Shown here: piece after piece, positions 26,965 through 35,059 of the stretch
Layout of the letters: every line of letters starts with the position of its first letter
How positions within the stretch are numbered: position 1 is the stretch's first letter
From: Thermodesulfovibrionia bacterium
Lineage (GTDB): Bacteria; Nitrospirota; Thermodesulfovibrionia; UBA6902; BMS3Bbin08
Direction of reading: 5' to 3'
Assembly: GCA_036446195.1 (NCBI GenBank)
Contig: JAZFSN010000051.1
Span: 1-40,547 of the forward strand
Length of the DNA stretch: 40,547 bases
Notes under the pieces: generated by a model
Databases searched by the model: none
What the model saw: only the letters and a program-made list of their open reading frames with translations
What the model was told of the DNA's origin: nothing
Translations under genes and position numbers: made by a program

Positions 26965-27232
26965 TAAAAAAGGTGCTTGAATAACCAGACCCCTTTTTCT
27001 CCCAGGTTCTACTAAAACACCTTAAAAAGTCCTGAAAAATGATAGAAATGGATTAGGTATGTAACAGGTTATAAGCCTTATAATTTAAATGTTTATACAG
27101 TTTGTTATAGAGTGGTATGTCTTTAAAATAATGGTTTATATCGTAAGTATATCAAAACAGGAAGGGAAGTAAAACTAAAGATGGATTCGTATAACCTTGC
27201 CTCAAACTGTATAGTTTTTGTATAGTAAAGAG

Positions 27233-27261
27233 TTGACAGTTAAAAGTTAAGAGTCTATAAA
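27233..27261 (+). promoter_or_regulatory. Sigma70-like promoter for tRNA-Cys
   Basis: TTGACA (27233-27238), 17 nt, TATAAA (27256-27261); tRNA begins at 27295. Confidence 0.45.
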
Positions 27262-27294
27262 TTCTCTTACTGTTCACAGATTACTGTAGTTATT

Positions 27295-27370
27295 GGCGGC
27301 GTACCCAAGTGGTTAAGGGGGAGGTCTGCAAAACCTTTATTCAGCGGTTCGAATCCGCTCGCCGCCTCCA
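27295..27370 (+). tRNA. tRNA-Cys (anticodon GCA)
   Basis: Acceptor GGCGGCG/CGCCGCC, anticodon arm GAGGT-CTGCAAA-ACCTT, T arm AGCGG-TTCGAAT-CCGCT, discriminator U then CCA. Confidence 0.92.
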
Positions 27371-27496
27371 AATGACAAATCTTGGGAAAGGGTTCAAGGG
27401 GTCAGGCCCCCCTGCTTTCTTGCGAAAGCAAGAAGGGGGGCAGGGATACAAGTGATAGAATTAATTTTTTTAAATTTTATCTTCACTGTAACCCTA

Positions 27497-27547
27497 GAAT
27501 CTTGAAGCGAGTCCCGAAGCGGGTCTCCGCAAAGGGTCGCTTCGACC
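27497..27547 (-). repeat. Dispersed repeat family B copy (inverted orientation)
   Basis: Reverse complement reads GGTCGAAGCGACCCTTTGCGGAGACCCGCTTCGGGACTCGCTTCAAGATTC, aligning block-wise with 24231-24273. Confidence 0.65.
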
Positions 27548-27574
27548 TTGTAACCTCTCTTTTTAATAACTGCA

Positions 27575-28147
27575 ATGAAGATAATCGCATTTTTGGGAAG
27601 TCCAAGAAGGGAAGGGAATACAGAACTTCTTTTAAGAGAAGTAATTAGAGGGGTCGAAGATTGTGGTTCAGACGTTAAGGTCTTTGATCTGAACTCTATG
27701 AATATTCAGCCCTGTCAGGACTGTGGAGAGTGTGATGAAACAGGTGAATGTATTATACATGATGAGATGGATGAGGTGTATGAAGCAATAAGAACTGCTG
27801 ATAGAATTATACTCGCATCACCAATATTCTTTTTTGCCCTGAGCGCTCAAACAAAGGCTATGATAGACAGATGCCAGAGTTTCTGGTGTGAGAAGTATGT
27901 TTTAAAGAAACCTGTTCCTGATGGCGAATTTGGAAGAAAAGGGCTGTTACTGCTTGTTGGCGGAATGAAAAAAGAAGTAGGGGTTCAATGCTCAGAATCA
28001 TGTTCAAAAGCTTTTTTCAGAACGGTAAACGTACCCGAACACCGTACATTGAGCTTTCTTGGCATTAATAAGAAAGGCGAAATTTTGCAACATCCAACTG
28101 CACTTAAAGAGGCATACGAAGAGGGCAAAAAACTGGTAGCTTTTTAA
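27575..28147 (+). CDS. Iron-sulfur flavoprotein (Isf-like, NADPH-dependent FMN reductase/flavodoxin fold)
   Basis: MKIIAFLGSPRREGNTELL; compact Cys cluster CQDCGECDETGEC (CX2CX2CX5C); ILASPIFFFALSAQTKAMIDR. Confidence 0.8.
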   Translation: MKIIAFLGSPRREGNTELLLREVIRGVEDCGSDVKVFDLNSMNIQPCQDCGECDETGECIIHDEMDEVYEAIRTADRIILASPIFFFALSAQTKAMIDRCQSFWCEKYVLKKPVPDGEFGRKGLLLLVGGMKKEVGVQCSESCSKAFFRTVNVPEHRTLSFLGINKKGEILQHPTALKEAYEEGKKLVAF

Positions 28148-28154
28148 AAAGCTA

Positions 28155-28243
28155 CTGATTTCACAGATTAAAAAAAAAGATTACACAGATGAAAATCCTC
28201 ATGAGCTTATAATCTGTGTAATCATGGAGGTATCTGTGTAATC
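28155..28243 (+). repeat. CTGATTTCACAGATT / GATTACACAGAT-family nested double hairpin
   Basis: CTGATTTCACAGATT 28155-28169; GATTACACAGAT 28179-28190 pairs perfectly with ATCTGTGTAATC 28212-28223; second ATCTGTGTAATC 28232-28243; starts 7 nt after the isf stop. Confidence 0.85.
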
Positions 28244-28259
28244 AAACGTAGTTAACTTA

Positions 28260-28288
28260 TTGACGGCTATACCTTATTTTGATATACT
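28260..28288 (+). promoter_or_regulatory. Sigma70-like promoter for the che operon
   Basis: TTGACG (28260-28265), 17 nt, TATACT (28283-28288); about 100-nt leader to cheY ATG with GAAAGGA SD. Confidence 0.45.
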
Positions 28289-28395
28289 TATTTATGTGGA
28301 GATAGACCAAAAGAAAAAATTTAATTCCAAGTTAAATATATTATTCCTATCCCTTACTTTACAATAAATCCAAATATAAGAAGAAAGGATTTTTT

Positions 28396-28764
28396 ATGAA
28401 GTCTATTCTTATTGTTGATGATTCAGAAACTACCAGATCAATTATTAAGTCATCGATTGAGGAGATAGACGACATAGATATATTTGAGGCTCCCACAGGT
28501 TTTGAGGCCCTAAGAATGTTACCCACTCAATCTTTTGATCTGGTTTTTATAGATATCAATATGCCTGATATAAATGGTTTAGAACTTATTAATTTCATTA
28601 AAAATAATGATAAATATAAAAAAATCCCTATTATAATTGTGTCAACTGAAAGCAGTGAGGAAGATAGGAAAAAAGGGCTGGCCCTGGGCGCGCTTGCTTA
28701 TTTGACAAAACCTTTTAAAGGAGAGGAGCTTATAGATACCGTTAAAAAGGCACTGAGTTTATGA
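28396..28764 (+). CDS. cheY: Chemotaxis-type response regulator CheY (receiver only)
   Basis: 122 aa; IVDDS acidic pocket, phospho-acceptor in FIDINMPD, VST, TKPF. Confidence 0.9.
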   Translation: MKSILIVDDSETTRSIIKSSIEEIDDIDIFEAPTGFEALRMLPTQSFDLVFIDINMPDINGLELINFIKNNDKYKKIPIIIVSTESSEEDRKKGLALGALAYLTKPFKGEELIDTVKKALSL

Positions 28765-30746
28765 AGACTTCAAAAAAAGATTTTATTGTAGAGGCAGAAG
28801 ATATTATTAGTACCGCAAATAATGGCCTGCTAGAGCTTCAAGACGCTTTTAATCCTGATACATTAAATTCCGTATTCCGTGCTGTTCATACCCTGAAAGG
28901 CCTTTCAGGGCTTTTTGGCTTTCAGGGCATAACCGACCTCAGTCATAATTTAGAGTCTGTTCTAGATGATTTAAGGTTAGATAAAATTAAATTTACTGAC
29001 AATACTTTAGCCTTTATTTTTAGGAACATGGATATTCTCAAGAACCTTGTTGCTCGGGTTAGCGAGGATAAAGAGATTGACGATGTAAGTGATGCCATTA
29101 AAGATATAGAGTCTTTCAGGGTGTCAGCTAAGTCTGAAAGTAGAGATTTAAATCTTGAAGATTTAGGGATTAGCCCTTCTATTTTGAAAGTTCTTTCTGA
29201 ATACGAAGGACACAGGCTTAAAAGTAATATCAAAGATGGAAAAGGGATATATAGTATTAAAGCTGTTTTTAGTCTTACAGACTTTGCTACTGGCCTTGAG
29301 GCTCTTAGTTCTAAAATGAAAGAGTCAGGTGAGATAATGGCAACCCTTCCAAACTCAGAGGGTGTCCCTGATGGTTCCATAGGATTCAACTTGCTGTTTG
29401 GCAGTTCTTCGAAAATAGATGATATTAGATCAAAGGCAGCGCCAGCAGTTATCGAAGAAATATATGATTCTAAAAAGTTTGAACCAGAGACTAAACCGTC
29501 TGTGTCAAAGACTCAAGAAGTGTCATTAAAAAGCACCTCTAATACAATAAGGGTAGACATAGGAAAATTAGATAAAATTCTTAATACTGTAGGGGAGCTT
29601 GTTATGGCTAAAGGCGCTCTTGTAAGGATTGGTGCAGAATTAGCTGAAAATATGGCGTATCACCCTTTAACTGCTGATGTCTATAAGATTGCCCAGACCC
29701 TCGAAAGGAAGCTTGCAGAACTCCAGGACCAAATCCTTGAGTTGAGGATGGTTCCTTTCAGCCAGATTTTTATGCGGCTCTCACAAGTTATAAAAAGACA
29801 CATAAGAGAGGTTGGTAAGAAAATAGAACTTGAACTTTATGGAGAAGATACCGAAATAGATAAACTATTGGCAGAGGAAATAATCGATCCACTGGTACAT
29901 ATTATCAGGAATGCCATTGATCACGGGATAGAGCAGAGTGATAAAAGAATTTCTCTCGGGAAACAGGAGTCTGGCAGGATAACTTTAAAGGCTTTTTCAA
30001 AAGGCAGCAATGTAATGGTTACAGCTCAGGATGATGGTGCGGGTATTGACCTCGATAAAATTCTTCGTAATGCAATTGAGCGCAAAATGATACCTGAGGA
30101 TCAAGTACTAAATCCCAAAGAAATAATTGACCTAATCTTTATTCCCGGTTTAAGCACTAAAGAAGTGGTAAATGAAGTGTCAGGCAGAGGAATGGGTATG
30201 GACATTGTAAAGGAAAAGATAACATCGCTGGGTGGCTTTGTGGATGTCGAATCAGAAATTGGCAAAGGAACCAAGTTTATTCTTACACTGCCAATAACAC
30301 TTGCCATAATCAAGGCATTGATAGTAGATGTAGAAAATGAGCAATTTGCAATACCTATTACATCCATCCTGGAAACATTGAGTGTTAGACCGGAAAAAAT
30401 CCAGACAATTGAAGGGAGAGAGGTTATTGAATTGAGGGGTGAAATGTTGTCCCTGCTAAACGTTGCTGATGTATTCCTGCTTGAGAAAAAACCTAAGGAT
30501 GAATATTTCGTAGTAGTGGTTAGTGTTGGAGGCAAACGGCTTGGACTTTTAATAGATAATTTGACAGAGCAGACAGAAATTGTTGTTAAACCTCTCGGGG
30601 ACCATTTAAAAAATATCCGGGGTTTTGCAGGAGCTGCAGAAATAGGCAGACACAAAATAGTTCTTGTGCTCGATGTTGATGCTATGATGGAAGAGGCCTT
30701 TTCAAGAAAAAATATAATTTCATCTATACAAGAGATAGAAAATTGA
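28761..30746 (+). CDS. cheA: Chemotaxis histidine kinase CheA
   Basis: Hpt FRAVHTLKGLSGLFGF; dimerisation IRVDIGKLDKILNTVGELV; N box HIIRNAIDHGIE; DDGAGID; GRGMGMDIV; C-terminal CheW-like domain; ATGA overlap with cheY. Confidence 0.95.
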   Translation: MKTSKKDFIVEAEDIISTANNGLLELQDAFNPDTLNSVFRAVHTLKGLSGLFGFQGITDLSHNLESVLDDLRLDKIKFTDNTLAFIFRNMDILKNLVARVSEDKEIDDVSDAIKDIESFRVSAKSESRDLNLEDLGISPSILKVLSEYEGHRLKSNIKDGKGIYSIKAVFSLTDFATGLEALSSKMKESGEIMATLPNSEGVPDGSIGFNLLFGSSSKIDDIRSKAAPAVIEEIYDSKKFEPETKPSVSKTQEVSLKSTSNTIRVDIGKLDKILNTVGELVMAKGALVRIGAELAENMAYHPLTADVYKIAQTLERKLAELQDQILELRMVPFSQIFMRLSQVIKRHIREVGKKIELELYGEDTEIDKLLAEEIIDPLVHIIRNAIDHGIEQSDKRISLGKQESGRITLKAFSKGSNVMVTAQDDGAGIDLDKILRNAIERKMIPEDQVLNPKEIIDLIFIPGLSTKEVVNEVSGRGMGMDIVKEKITSLGGFVDVESEIGKGTKFILTLPITLAIIKALIVDVENEQFAIPITSILETLSVRPEKIQTIEGREVIELRGEMLSLLNVADVFLLEKKPKDEYFVVVVSVGGKRLGLLIDNLTEQTEIVVKPLGDHLKNIRGFAGAAEIGRHKIVLVLDVDAMMEEAFSRKNIISSIQEIEN

Positions 30747-30793
30747 AGTTTCAAAGGGATTGTAAAACAGATTAAAATATTACGGAGATAGCG

Positions 30794-31603
30794 ATGTACG
30801 AGGATTTTTTTGGTTTGAAAATAAGGCCGTTTAGCAAAACGCCGGATCCAAAATTCCTCTTTTACACCAGATCTCATGAAGAGGCTTTTGCAAGGCTCCA
30901 ACACGTGGTAGAGGAAAAAGAGCTTATTCTTCTGACTGGAGAAGTGGGCTCTGGCAAGACAACTCTCTCGCGTGCACTTATGGATTCTCTTGGACAGGAA
31001 TACAGAATAATTTCAATTTTAAATCCTCGCCTCACCCCTGCACAGTTTCTGAGGTCTGTTGCTAAAGGGTTTGATATTGACGCCGCACGCTCCAAGGATG
31101 ACCTGCTTGAAACAATTTATGAGAAAGTTTATGAGGATTACACTAAGGGGATAACGCCTGTTATAATTATTGATGAGGCTCAGCTTATCCCATATAAAAG
31201 CACTTTTGAGGAGATTCGGCTTCTTACAAATTTTCAGCTTGATGAGGAAAACCTTTTAAGTTTGATTTTGATTGGGCAACCGGATCTCAGAACAAAACTT
31301 GAACGCAAGGTATATCTTCCATTAAGACAGAGGATTGGACTTAGATGTCACCTTAATTCCCTTAACAGTGAGGAAGTAAGGGATTATATAGCGCACAGAT
31401 TAAGGGTTGCCGGTAGGGCTGACCCATTGTTCAGTGAAGAGGCAATAGATGCACTATATAAATTCTCACAGGGAATTCCTAGAAATATTAATAATATTGC
31501 TTCTAATTCATTGCTGGAAGGTTTTGGCAAAGAGTCACACATGATATCAGAAGAAATTATATATGATGTGGCACATGAGTTAGGACTTAACGGGGTGATG
31601 TAA
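30794..31603 (+). CDS. ExeA/GspA/MshM-like AAA ATPase (ATPase domain only)
   Basis: FFGLKIRPFSKTPDPKFLF..., Walker A GEVGSGKTT, Walker B VIIIDEAQ, LILIGQP, GIPRNINNI: COG3267-type signature. Confidence 0.85.
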   Translation: MYEDFFGLKIRPFSKTPDPKFLFYTRSHEEAFARLQHVVEEKELILLTGEVGSGKTTLSRALMDSLGQEYRIISILNPRLTPAQFLRSVAKGFDIDAARSKDDLLETIYEKVYEDYTKGITPVIIIDEAQLIPYKSTFEEIRLLTNFQLDEENLLSLILIGQPDLRTKLERKVYLPLRQRIGLRCHLNSLNSEEVRDYIAHRLRVAGRADPLFSEEAIDALYKFSQGIPRNINNIASNSLLEGFGKESHMISEEIIYDVAHELGLNGVM

Positions 31604-31615
31604 AAGACTTACATT

Positions 31616-31673
31616 GCAAATTGCAAATTGTAAGAAGGTTTTAAAAATTTTGAATTTTACATTTTACAATTTT
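31616..31673 (+). repeat. Periodic hairpin in ATPase-cheW spacer
   Basis: GCAAATTGCAAATTGTAA (31616-31633) versus TTACATTTTACAATTTT (31657-31673): 14/17 complementary with periodic mismatches. Confidence 0.6.
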
Positions 31674-31692
31674 CACTTGAACGGAATTCATT

Positions 31693-32349
31693 ATGGATAT
31701 AGCTAAAATTAGAAAAAAAATAAAAAAGCTTAATGATCAGAAAGCTAAAGATGATTCTGAAGAGAAGAAGGCGGAAAAACCTGTTGAAGACGCCGGGATA
31801 GAGGAAGCTCAAGAAACAGTTGATGCAAAAACTGTAATAAAACAGGAAGAGGCAAAAAAAACAGGAGGGGATAGCGGAACTGAGCTATCAAAAGCTGAAA
31901 CAGAAGCAGGGACTGTCCCGGTAGAGGAAACCGAAGTTATTGCTTTTAGGCTTGCAAATGAAGAATATGCTATAAGGATAGCTGAGTTACAGGAGGTCCT
32001 TAGGAAACAAAGAATTACTGCTATTCCAAGATCTCCGAAATATTTAAAAGGGGTAACATCCATCCGCGGTAAAATATTACCGATTGTATGTCTTAGGGAA
32101 AGGTTGGGACTTAAAGGGGAAGACGCGGATAATGAAAAAATAATTGTCCTCTCTGGTAAGAAAGAGCCGTTAGGTGTCTTGGTGGATGCTGTTATAGGCG
32201 TATTCAGATTTCCCTCCAGGGAGCTTTCTCGCCCCCCGTCTACCTTAACTGTTGAAGAAAAGGATTTTATAGAGGGAGTTGTAAAGATACACGATAAATT
32301 TACATCTATCCTGAAAGTCGATGAGATGCTCAAAATTGAGACATCATGA
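31693..32349 (+). CDS. cheW: CheW-like coupling protein with ~75-aa Lys/Glu-rich N-terminal extension
   Basis: VIAFRLANEEYAIRIAELQEVLR...IPRSPKYLKGVTSIRGKILPIVCLRERLGL. Confidence 0.88.
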   Translation: MDIAKIRKKIKKLNDQKAKDDSEEKKAEKPVEDAGIEEAQETVDAKTVIKQEEAKKTGGDSGTELSKAETEAGTVPVEETEVIAFRLANEEYAIRIAELQEVLRKQRITAIPRSPKYLKGVTSIRGKILPIVCLRERLGLKGEDADNEKIIVLSGKKEPLGVLVDAVIGVFRFPSRELSRPPSTLTVEEKDFIEGVVKIHDKFTSILKVDEMLKIETS

Positions 32350-32771
32350 AATTGTTCGATACTCTTTATAATGTTAGTCTCAGAGTTAAAATAGTTGGAT
32401 TTGTTACTGTCTTACTCATAATAGCCTTTTTATTAGCAGGTTTTACAAGCGCCTCGTTCATCCGTAAAGATGTATTCAATGTTGCAAAGAATTATTCATA
32501 TAGTATAGCGTACTTACTAACCAAAGAACTCAAAACCCAGGCACTGGCAAAAGGCGATCCTGATTTAATCAGAAACTTTATCAGTGAGTACCCTTTTAGT
32601 CTTAGGAAGGTTGGCTCAATAAGTGTTCTGGATTTAGATGGCGTCAACAGTGATGCTGAAGACAGAAAAATCCTGCAGTCGATAACTTCAGACTATACAG
32701 GGTTTATTGAAGCCCTGGATAGTAATTATGACGGAATAAGGAGGATGATGCAAAAACTCGGATTAATTTAG
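32346..32771 (+). CDS. Small single-pass membrane protein, unknown function
   Basis: 141 aa; one N-terminal TM helix VKIVGFVTVLLIIAFLLAGF; ATGA overlap with upstream cheW; no motif recognised. Confidence 0.6.
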   Translation: MKLFDTLYNVSLRVKIVGFVTVLLIIAFLLAGFTSASFIRKDVFNVAKNYSYSIAYLLTKELKTQALAKGDPDLIRNFISEYPFSLRKVGSISVLDLDGVNSDAEDRKILQSITSDYTGFIEALDSNYDGIRRMMQKLGLI

Positions 32772-32787
32772 ACCCCATGAGAAGGAT

Positions 32788-34557
32788 ATGGCCGGCAGAG
32801 CTTTCTTGCTACTAACGGGGCAGACCGAGTTTTGTATTGACAATCATATGAAAAACAACAGATTTTTAGGCGGCACATTTACCTTATCACTTCTTTTAAT
32901 ACTGCTTTTAGGTCAGGGTTTCGGTATTTTCATATTTATTTTATTAGCACAAAGCGGCCTGATTGATTCACTTAAAGAAAAGGTAGTATTTCTGGTCGCA
33001 TATCAGGGAGTTTTAGTAATGTTTACTGTCCTTTTAATAATATCTGCTTTTAACAGAAAAATTAAAAGCCCTCTCTCAGATCTTAACGCTGCTGTAAACA
33101 GTGCAGGCGCCGGTGACCTTACAGTTGCAATACGGCCTTCAGAGAATCCGGAAATAGCTGTTTTAATAGTAGGTTTTAATTCATTGATTTCTCGCCTTAA
33201 AGATACCATAAAAAAATTATTTTCCACGACAAATGACGTAACGACGGCAATTGAACAGACAGACTTAATTATTGACAGGGTTACCGAGGGTACTCATAAT
33301 CAGGTGGACGCTACAAAAGCGGTGATTTCAGCTATAGAAGATGCCAATAAATCACAAAAAGAAATTTTAGAGGGCACACAAAGTCTAGGAGGATTTTCCG
33401 AAGAAAATTTTAGTTCGCTGGTGCAGTTAAATGCTACGTCAGAAGAAATGACTGAAAGCTCGGAGCATCTCTTCCAAAATGTCTCAGATGCATATTCAAC
33501 CATTGCTGAAATATCTTCTGCAGCAAAGACAATTGCAAAGAGCACTGAAGAACTTTCAACGTCTACAGAAGAGATAACCGCGTCTATTGATCAAATAAGC
33601 GCTAATATTAAAGAGGTGGAGAGCAGCACCAAGGAGTCCGCCAGTCTTACAGATCTTGTGAGAGAAATTGCTTCAGATACAGGAATGATGTCTGTAGCCG
33701 ATTCAATGGAAGGCATGGAAGAAATAATAAAGTCTGTAGATAAGACTATTGAGTTAGCCGATACTCTGAAAACAAAATCTACTGACGTGGAAAAGGTCCT
33801 TACTGTAATAGACGATGTTACCAAGCAAACCAATTTATTGAGTGTGAATGCTGCTATTCTTGCTTCTCAGGCGGGTGAATACGGAAAGGGATTTTCAGTA
33901 GTGGCGAAGGAGATTAAAATGCTGGCGGACAGGACAGCGTCTTCTGCGAAAGAGATAACAGGTATTGTAGAGGCTATTCAAAATGGGATAACAGAGATGA
34001 CGCATGTTGCCGAAAACAGCAAAATAAAAGTTACTAATGGTAATGCTCTTGTCGTAAAAACCGGGGAAGGATTCAGGGAAGTAATTAACAGCGCCCAAAA
34101 GTCCGCTGAAATGGCTAAAACTATCCAGAGTGCAACGAAAGAACAGGTAAATGGAATTGTTCAGATGAAGGAATCAATGGATATGATATTTATGATGGTC
34201 GAAAATGTTACTAAAAGTACCCGTGAGCATGAAACCGGTTCAGAACATTTGGTAAGTGTTACTGGAAAGATTAAAGAAATATCAGAAACTATTAAGAGAG
34301 GCATGAAGGAGCAGACTTCAGGGATACATCTAATATCAAAAAATCTTGAAATAACAAACGAGAGGATTAAACATATTGCTGATATCTCATCAAAACATGG
34401 TAAAGTCAATGAGGATGTTCTTTCTGCAGTGCAAAAGATAGAGGGCATCTGCAGTAGTACCCTCACAATTGCTCAAGAAATGTCAGCATCTTTTAATACT
34501 CTCTTACAAGAAGCAGAAGTCCTTAGGAGTGACATGAAGGGGTTTAAATTTGAATAA
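32788..34557 (+). CDS. Methyl-accepting chemotaxis protein (TM hairpin, HAMP, long signalling domain; no periplasmic sensor)
   Basis: Two closely spaced TM helices, HAMP-like SPLSDLNAAVNSAGAGDLTV, hairpin tip KQTNLLSVNAAILASQAGEYGKGFSVVAKEIKMLADRT; alternative start 32848. Confidence 0.92.
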   Translation: MAGRAFLLLTGQTEFCIDNHMKNNRFLGGTFTLSLLLILLLGQGFGIFIFILLAQSGLIDSLKEKVVFLVAYQGVLVMFTVLLIISAFNRKIKSPLSDLNAAVNSAGAGDLTVAIRPSENPEIAVLIVGFNSLISRLKDTIKKLFSTTNDVTTAIEQTDLIIDRVTEGTHNQVDATKAVISAIEDANKSQKEILEGTQSLGGFSEENFSSLVQLNATSEEMTESSEHLFQNVSDAYSTIAEISSAAKTIAKSTEELSTSTEEITASIDQISANIKEVESSTKESASLTDLVREIASDTGMMSVADSMEGMEEIIKSVDKTIELADTLKTKSTDVEKVLTVIDDVTKQTNLLSVNAAILASQAGEYGKGFSVVAKEIKMLADRTASSAKEITGIVEAIQNGITEMTHVAENSKIKVTNGNALVVKTGEGFREVINSAQKSAEMAKTIQSATKEQVNGIVQMKESMDMIFMMVENVTKSTREHETGSEHLVSVTGKIKEISETIKRGMKEQTSGIHLISKNLEITNERIKHIADISSKHGKVNEDVLSAVQKIEGICSSTLTIAQEMSASFNTLLQEAEVLRSDMKGFKFE

Positions 34558-35059
34558 GCTTGCTGTGTTTACAATTGCAGGCGAAGAATTTGGAATTGAG
34601 CTTAACAGGGTTGTAGAGATTATCAGGCCCCAGAAGACTACTTTCCTTCCCAATGTCCCTGATTTTATTGATGGAGTAATTAATCTTAGAGGTACTGTAA
34701 TAACAGTGATGGATCTGAGAAAGCGCCTTAATGTAAAACCCTCTTCTTCTCGAGAAAAGATTATAGTTGCCAGTATGCACGAAGAGAAAATTGGAATTCT
34801 TGTTGATACTGTCAAGGAGATAATATCTATTGAGGATGACCAGATCTCACCCCCGCCTTCTGTCTTTAAGGGACTAAAGGCAGAATACTTCAGGGGTATT
34901 GGCAAAGTTGAGGACAGGTTAATAGTAATCCTGGATCTTGATAGCCTGCTATCCTCTGAAGAGATGATATCTCTTGAAGAAAGAAAAGTGAAATTATCTA
35001 CTGACGAGCTTTCAAGGGTATCTTTCAATGACCAAAAAGAGGAAGACAAAATTGACTGA
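34550..35059 (+). CDS. cheW: CheW coupling protein
   Basis: 169 aa; FTIAGEEFGIELNRVVEIIRPQKTTFLPNVPDFIDGVINLRGTVITVMDLRKRL; TTG start overlapping mcp stop. Confidence 0.9.
   Translation: MNKLAVFTIAGEEFGIELNRVVEIIRPQKTTFLPNVPDFIDGVINLRGTVITVMDLRKRLNVKPSSSREKIIVASMHEEKIGILVDTVKEIISIEDDQISPPPSVFKGLKAEYFRGIGKVEDRLIVILDLDSLLSSEEMISLEERKVKLSTDELSRVSFNDQKEEDKID

Noticed and set aside
27089-27172. 27-aa hydrophobic ORF (MFIQFVIEWYVFKIMVYIVSISKQEGK) in the tumE-tRNA-Cys gap, considered as a type I toxin-like peptide
   Set aside because: There is no Shine-Dalgarno and only a weak promoter context. ORFs of this length arise easily by chance in AT-rich DNA, and no antisense RNA signature is evident. 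It is worth checking only if ribosome profiling data exist.
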